From contig OZ024740.1 in the NCBI GenBank assembly GCA_964016885.1, forward strand, positions 331,080,001-331,144,000: a stretch of 64,000 bases of DNA, read 5' to 3'. Below, piece by piece: positions 55,898-64,000 of this stretch; within the stretch, counting starts at the first letter, position 1, and each line of letters begins with the position of its first letter. The position numbers were made by a program, and so were the translations under genes. The notes under the pieces were generated by a model, which worked only from the letters and a program-made list of their open reading frames with translations, had not been told where the DNA came from and ran no database searches. This DNA is from Eledone cirrhosa. Its lineage: Eukaryota.

Positions 55898-58399
55898 ATG
55901 GAAAAACAATAGTTGGTAACTTCTTTAAAGAATATACCAATACCTTCTAAGGATGAATTCTTACTTCTTATGATACAAAAAACCAACCAATTCATGAAAA
56001 GGGTCAGATGGAGAGCCTACCACTTTGATAAAAAACAAAATGTACTGATAAGAAATATTTATATGATTTCACTACATATAAGAACCCACCACACAACTCC
56101 TTGCTTGAAAACTTCGAGAAAGGCCTTTTTAACTTAATCAAACACCTCAAATTTAAGAAATATAAATCTAATTTTCAAAAGGATCTTGATTCTACCCTAT
56201 TGGATCCAAAAAAATCTAATAAAATCCATGTCCACTCTGACGAAACTGGAAATCTGTACCACATGGATATTGATAATTACAATGAGTTCATATATAAAGA
56301 ACATAGGAAAAATTATAAAAAAACAAACAATGCGGCACTTACCAATATCAACAACAAAACACACAACATAGTAAATAAACTCAATATTGAAGATAGAACT
56401 GAACCGTTGGCACTGAAAAAAACACATTTTAACCTGAATGATCGCAAGTCTAATTTTAACTCTAATCCTTCTATAAGACTTATATGCCCTTCCTAATCTG
56501 ACATTGGCATCATTAGTAAACATATTTTAGATAGAGTCATCCCACAATTAAGAAAACATGTTAATTTACCACTCTGGGAAAACACATCCCAGGTAAGTAA
56601 CTTGTTTACTAATATTAAAAATAAATCATCTACTTCATTTCTACAATTCGATATAGATGCGTATTATTCCTCTATATCACCCACACTCCTGAACAAAGCC
56701 TTGATATTTGCCAAAAATAGATCAAACTTAACTATGGATGACATTAATATTATCACGCATGCTAGACAAACACTACTAGAATTTCAGAAGGAATACTGGA
56801 CCAGAAATACATATAGTAATCTACTCGACATTACTATCGGCTCTAGTGATTCTGCCCAAATAACGATCTTGTGGGCCTCTTTCTTCTAGTTAACATAAAT
56901 GCTTCTTTTCCCCACCTTAAAGGTGGTTTATATCGTGACGACTGTCTTCTTCTTTCCACTAACCTTAGCCTATCAGAAATTGGAAAAATTAAAAAACTTA
57001 TTAGAACTTTCCGCAAAGACTATTATAGTCTCAATATTACATTTGAAAACACAAGTAAAGTAGTTAATTTCCTTGATATCACATTAGACTTATCTACGGG
57101 TATCTACCAACCTTACCATAAACCTAACCAAAACTTACATTACATATACTCTAATCACCCTAAATCTATCCTTAAAAACCTAGCATATAATATCTCACTC
57201 AGAATCTCTAACCTTTCATCTAACCAGGATGTATTCGATAAAAATGCGACCTTTTATAACGAAGCTTTAGCTAGAAGCGGCCACAAAAACAAATTAGTAT
57301 ATATACCTTGTACCAATAATACTACAAACATACAACCCAATATTACCAACAAACACCAAATGAAATATACACACCTAAATGCCACTCACACTATACCCCA
57401 AAATACCAACTTAAAACTTAATTTCTCTAACTCTTGTAATATACAATATAATAACTTTCAAAAAACCATTCATCCTAATATTCCATTATATGTTAATAAC
57501 AAAACTCCTAATAATCAGGCTAAAACACCTATATCAATGAATCTAACTAAAAATATGTGCAATAAAATCACTAATACTAATTCTCTTAGCAAACATCAGG
57601 ATACATCGTATAAAAATAAAAAAGAACATCGAAACTGTAATAGACGAGTTAATTGGTATAATGCTCCATTTAATCTACAAATTAAAGATAATATACCTAA
57701 AAAATGTTTTACTATCCTAGAGGAAAACTTCCCACCAAACCATAAATACCATCAAATTTTAAATAAATCAACAACCAAAAATATACAACACAATATAAGT
57801 GCCTATAATGCATATAAATGTAAAAAAAAAACATGAATATAACACCAATACATCAAACTAACCATAATACTAAAATAAACCACAGCAAACCACAATCTCA
57901 TTCACATACAACAAGTCGAGAAAATTCCTCACCTAATTTGACTATCTCCTCTCATAAAACATTCACGAAAGGTTGTAACTTTAGAAACAAAGCAAATTGC
58001 CCATTAAAAGGAAATTGCCTTATTAATAACATAGTATATAAATGTAAAATTAACACTAAGGACTCAACTTATTCATATATAGGAGCTAATTCTAAACAAT
58101 TTAAAGTAAGATTTAATACCCACAAACACAGTTTTAAAAATGCCGCATTAGCTAATACAACATGCTTAGCTGAAATTATTAATAATTATAGAAAAAAGAA
58201 TATCGATTATAACCTGATCTGGAGTGTACTCAAAAGGGCCACCCCTTAGCAAAATAATAGATATTAATGTAGATTATTTTCCCAGGAACTTTTTGAAATA
58301 ATGAAATCTAAGGATATCCTATTAAATAAGCGACAAGAATTAATTATATCATGTAATCATAAAATTAGAAGAACTTTTAAATATTATAAACCTCATTAA
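55898..58399 (+). pseudogene. Frameshifted Naiad RT + GIY-YIG ORF
   Basis: SLKNIPIPS, KRVRWRA, FLQFDIDAYYSSI, GLYRDD, NFLDITL, YHKPN, WYNAPF, CPLKGNC, IVY..YIG. Confidence 0.93.
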
Positions 58400-59131
58400 T
58401 ATACACTTTACAAATTATTATAATAAATTTTTTTTTTTTTAAATTAGTTAACCTATAATTAATATTCTACTACTAATCAACTGCATAATTTCATTTCCCT
58501 TTTACAGCTATCTTTTCCTAAAATGTATACCAATAAGTATACATATAAACTATTTTAATTTCAGGTTATGAATCTATATTCCTTGTAATCTATATAAATT
58601 TGTTATTTGTCACTAATACATTTACCCCCCCCCCCCCAAATTATTATTTTTTTTTTTTCCCTTCGTGTTTAACAACATTCTTCAATTACATCTAACTCTT
58701 ATTTATCATATCTATATGAATTAATATAAATTTATCAATATAATTATACCTATCAATTAAATTAATTTATTTTCTTTTTATAGATGTAAATTTCTTATGT
58801 TTTAAATAAGATTGATATTTTTCTCTAACACATTTATCGTAAAATTTTATTCTCCTTAGATTTTAACATTAGAATTATTATTTTATAACATCAAATGTTC
58901 GTGTACCTTTCACCGGCTTGACCGATTTTCATCCCCAAAGTAATCTTTTCATTCAAAATACTCTTTCCATTCAAAACTGAAGTCTGCTTTCCTCTACCCC
59001 TAAATAAAATTTCTATTACTACTATTCTATCATCTTGACCACTTACTACCTTTCTATTGGTCAATTCAAAACCTGTTCCCAAACAGACCTATTATATTAA
59101 ATCTTTGTTGGGTTTTTTTCAATAAACAAAT

Positions 59132-59271
59132 ATCATTATTTCTGAAGACAGCATATATATGTGTAGGTATGTATATTCCCTCTGATAGTTTGTAAACATT
59201 TTACATAGATCTATATGATATACATACCAACACACACATATATATATCCTAGAAACGATCATAAAATGATG
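59132..59271 (+). ncRNA. Hammerhead with long stem II (stem III G>A mutation)
   Basis: CTGAAGA at 59142, GAAA at 59252, then cgatca-TA. Confidence 0.7.
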
Positions 59272-59324
59272 AATTTTTTTAATATAAGGAACTGTTTCTT
59301 TGTTTTTATTCTTTATTTTTATTA

Positions 59325-59382
<58 letters not shown>

Positions 59383-59460
59383 CTTTCTTATATATTGCTC
59401 TGATTGTTGATTATCTAATTAATTAATTCGTGATTGAGCCACACCGTGAATGCTTGCCAA

Positions 59461-59496
<36 letters not shown>

Positions 59497-60104
59497 GGCT
59501 CTGTTTAATTTATGTATATGGAAACCTCTATATTTTATATGCTCTCATAAGGTTGAGTATAACACTTTAGGCAGTATTCGGCTGCGCTTTCTAGCAACCA
59601 GACTAATCGCTGTCAGGCACCAATGTTAAGCTATCTAAATTGACATGTGACAATTCTAATCCATTTTGAACTCGTTTCTGGCGGGGATATTTAAGAAAAA
59701 TCTTTGTCCAATAGAGTTTGTTTCCTGGTGATTTTGAAACTCGTTGATTTATCCATGATCGGATATTTCCAAAAAGTAAATGAAACCTTCGGGAGTAGAA
59801 ACATGATTTTGGTATGTTTATGTACATACTTTCTTCTAACTTTGATTTTGTACCTAATTGTGTATGGTTAACTATATGTCTAGTCAATTTCTACGGGCTA
59901 TTAGAAATACTAGGTAAATCTTCTGTGGCTGTGGATCGCGGATAAAATAGCTATCATTTATTTATCTATTTTTTCTTCATAGGTACATTTTAAACTTATA
60001 GCCTCGTTTAATTGATTGTTTATGTGGTTGATTATGCTGATAGGGAGAAAAAATACTGTATATATTTTATCAAATGATTCTATGAACTTACTTTCTTATA
60101 TATA

Positions 60105-60755
60105 TACTAGCAGTGGTACCCGGTGTTGCATGGGATAAGGTATTGTGAAATACATAACCGCCTTAACTAAGCTCAGTATTGCCACAACCACTGCTGGCAA
60201 AGAAGTAAGGGTCAGGTGGTACGTAAGTAAGCAACACCGTGGCTTAAGACGTGAGGAAGAAGTTGTGTGCACTTACCAACTGTTTGGGGAATGAGTGTGA
60301 GATTTGTCTTGAGCAAGGGTGGCAGAATAACCAGAGGCAGCAGATAGACAGACAGAAATATATTATAAGGGCGCGTTCTGGACGGAGAGGGAATTATAAG
60401 AAGTGACGTTATGCAGACAGACAGACATACAGACAGATATTATAAGGGCGCGTTCTGGAAGCAGAGCGAATCGTAAGAAGTGACATAATGCCGACAAGCA
60501 GACATACAGACAGATATTATAAGGGGGCGACGTTATATGTATGTATCTATCTAAAAAGAGGAAGACTAAGAATTATAGAGAGATATCACTAAATCACCTA
60601 ATGCGGTCCCTAAGGCATTGTAAATTCGAAATTCTTTTTGCTCAGGACACTCTGTAAACATAAATATTACATGTGTATAGTTTGAAAACAGTCGGTTGGG
60701 TGGTTCTCGACTTTTAAGGATTCGAACTCACACACACAAAGACAGACATCCTCAG

Positions 60756-60760
<5 letters not shown>
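60105..60760 (+). mobile_element. Helentron-associated (HINE/Lep1-like) element with internal ~70-bp tandem repeats
   Basis: tACTAG..cccggtgttgcatggg start; 3x cagacagatattataaggg; ..gtcggttgggtggttctcga..acagaca end in (TA)n. Confidence 0.55.
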
Positions 60761-60800
<40 letters not shown>

Positions 60801-60939
60801 TATATACATATATATATGTTATATATGTATGTATATATATATAAATATATATATACAGATCTATGTGTGTGTGTGTGTGTGTCTCTGTCTGTCTGTCAGT
60901 GAGGGAGAGATAGAGAGAAAGAGTGAGAGAGGGAGAGAT

Positions 60940-61007
<68 letters not shown>

Positions 61008-64000
61008 GTCATCTGTGCGAGTATGTGTGTTTGGTATAATTTATTCTAAGAAATCACTTGAGTTTAAATAGAGAGTAGTAGTGAAAAAGCTTTTACTTGG
61101 TAATCGTGTCCTTGAAAAGGATATACAATTTATTTGATGTTACTTTGCATGTATCATGCAATGCTTTTTATCCATTGACGTAATACAGATTGTTTTCAAT
61201 CTTTATATAGCTTTGAATATTATGTAAGATACTATTCACGTTTGGCTATTGGGGCAGGATATTGCAAATCATTCACAGTAACTTAGTTGTGTCAAACCAC
61301 TCTGCGTGTAAAAGCCGTTTGTGTTTTCCAATGTAATAAATTTAAATTATTTACATATGTAATTCCTTCTGCATATGCACGTACGCACATGATCAAGTGC
61401 GTATGCAGAAAATAGATCTCTGCTATGGTTATATAATATAATCTCCTCTCTAAATGCGCAGTGAAACGCGAGCATTGTATAAAAAGCTTCCTTTTGTACT
61501 GATAACAAATACTTTAGGACACGGCAATTCCTGAACATACACCAAGCTACGACAATTCATGGATCACACTAAACATATCTATCAGTAGTGATTGATTTAA
61601 CACTTTCATTCGTTTGTAAAGATTATTGAATATTTTCTCTTCGAACAGCACTGTTCTCCATGAACTATATAAATACAATTCATTCCGTAAAGATATTACT
61701 AAGTTACATCTCTCTGTACGAATTTTTATTTATAGTGCAACTAAAACGATGTATATATACGCAAAATTGCAATATAAAATTGAATATTGTCTTTGACCTT
61801 ACACAACTTACAGCTGATTTGTTGTGCGTGCATCAAGTTAACGTTAATGATATGTATCCCAAATTTGTGTCATAATACTATTAATTATGAACACGTTTTT
61901 ATAACATGATCACTTTCTATATAAACAATCTTAAAATCCCTTTCGTGTATTTTGTTTCACCACACTTCTCTATTAATTTCTATTTTGGCACAATATTTAA
62001 CTGTAGAAATTCTCTATCGCATATGGATCTGCTAATGTATTATACCTTTAGAATTAACTCGTTGTATTGCGTAACTGTATTAAATATGTAAAAAGGAATT
62101 TCGTGTTATAACCGAATCGAAAAGAAATCAAATAGGTCATCTCCGACACAATCTCTTCGTGTGATATCTTTCAAAATAATATTAAGATTATGTGTCTGCG
62201 AGTTCGAAAACTCTAATGTCGAACATATCAATAGTACTGAGATATCAATGTTAGAAATGAGCGTTCATATTACACTAGATGTTTGAAATATTGTTCCGTA
62301 TTATATGTCATCTTGATCTTAGCATGTTTCTCTGTTATTTTGAAAACACAAAAAAAAGTATGTAATACATGTTCTAATGGAAACATTATCTCTTTATTTA
62401 TATTTGATATGTATGTGTTTCACAAATATTTCATAAATAGTTAGTGCTAAGTTGAAATGTATATCAAAAGCTAAGGAGTACTTGTCAAAGATTACCACTA
62501 CCCTTTGTGCCACATCATTGTAATATCTGAACATCACACCTTGAATTTTATATATTGCTTTTATGCTAATACTCTGCATTGAAATTCTTATTAAACCTAC
62601 TGAAGTAGTTACATGCATCATACCATTTACTTTTTAATGCATATATATTTATGAAAATATAAGATGTTAGTCTACGATTCTGAAAATAAAATGAAAGTTA
62701 TGGGTGTAATCATGAAGCAATTTACACAGTTGAGGATATTCATAAATTAACAATCGATATTAACGTTTTTACTTGCAGTGATGGATGGAAGAATGTGCAG
62801 AAGGTTGAATAAATTGTTTCAAATATTCTCTTCAAACGTCAATTATGTATAATTTGAATTACATCTGTGGAGTTGATGTATTTTGGGGATGTCATGCATT
62901 CGAATAAATTGAATTCATTTGTTTTTATACGGATGTATTTTGGTTTAAAGATTATAAAGGCAGATGAAAAAAAACCCGCTAAATGGAAAGAGAAACAAGG
63001 ATTGATGGATAACGTGCAATCTTATCCATCATACAAAACATTTAAATCGCAACTGAATACATATCTCTCTAGCAACCGATAGCAAGGAACAGCATAAACT
63101 ACAACAAATGCTGAGACTGCAGGCATTAATTCACTGGCTCTCGAACAGAGGGTAACACGTATAACGAAAAACTAGCACCATTTGTAAAAGGAAAAAAAAA
63201 ACATTTGACTACTTTACATACAGAGATTAGTCGCATAAATCACAGTCCATTCAACTCTAAGCCAACGCTACCGTAGCTTTAATCGTAACCCTGACATTAT
63301 CAAGGTTTTAGCAAAATATATTATATCATACTGAAATAAATATGAATCGGATGATTATAGGAAGAAATTAGGTGCAATTGCCCAACAGTTCAATATTATT
63401 TTATTGATTCTCTTTTACCTATGAACATATTAATATTTGTATGGGTATTATTGCAATGTAAGATGCCCAGTTAATCACATCAGCATTTCGTTTTAATGTT
63501 TCGATTTTGTAATGCCATGTACGGCCCAGGTTTTCAATTTCCTACTGCTTAAGAAGACGGTTTCTTCAATAACATTTTATTCAATAATTAAACGGCTTCA
63601 ATTGATGGAATAAGAGACATCAATATCAGGCTGTGATTATAATAGAAAATATATAACAGAAACGTGTGAAAGAGTTAACCTTAACGTATCTAAAACAGTT
63701 GGATAAAGACTGACAAATTATTCGATAACTTGCAGAAACATTCATTACTCAATTTAAGTATATCAATGTAATATTTAAATATATCAATGTAGTAGTATCA
63801 TGAGAAATGAGTAGTATTTTCCAAATGTATATCCTTTGTCGTTATTCATAGAAATATATTTCCCTGCAAAGTGAATCAACTAACCTAATTAACTACAGGA
63901 ATTTCATTAATTCTCTCCCCAAAGAAGTTTGGGATCACAAAGAGATCATCTAAAAGAGGAATGTCAATCAACTCTGAGGATTTAGAATATATCGTTTTTC

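Larger units (their letters stand above)
54835..59328 (+). mobile_element. Near full-length decayed Naiad PLE: inverted pLTR (54835-55435), direct pLTR (55440-55790), ORF, 3' UTR and pLTR (to 59328)
   Basis: 54970-55430 is the reverse complement of 58860-59328; 55440-55650 matches 59118-59328; flanked by (TA)n. Confidence 0.92.

Overview
AT-rich eukaryotic non-genic DNA, read by eye. The SINE and microsatellite content resembles a cephalopod (Octopus-like) genome, which is an inference. No host exons were recognised; almost all listed ORFs are translations of (TA)n/(TG)n microsatellites. The window is a dense nest of Penelope-like retroelements (PLEs: RT plus GIY-YIG endonuclease). It holds one intact Naiad-type ORF (21471-23435), a near full-length decayed Naiad with pseudo-LTRs (54835-59328), further Naiad fragments, and two copies of a second PLE family (349-1405, 31712-33740). 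There are also RTE LINE fragments (one with a twin-priming-type 5' inversion), tRNA-derived SINEs, Helentron-associated-like elements and a hAT-like MITE. The main signal is more than 20 type I hammerhead ribozyme (HHR) motifs from about 10 sequence families. Several are atypical: about 100-nt stem II, a U3-A8 core variant, U10.1/U11.1, and minimal palindromic stem III. They are carried by PLE pseudo-LTRs and by non-coding 480-600 bp tandem or fold-back repeats that sit almost exclusively inside (TA)n tracts. Coordinates of decayed elements are approximate.
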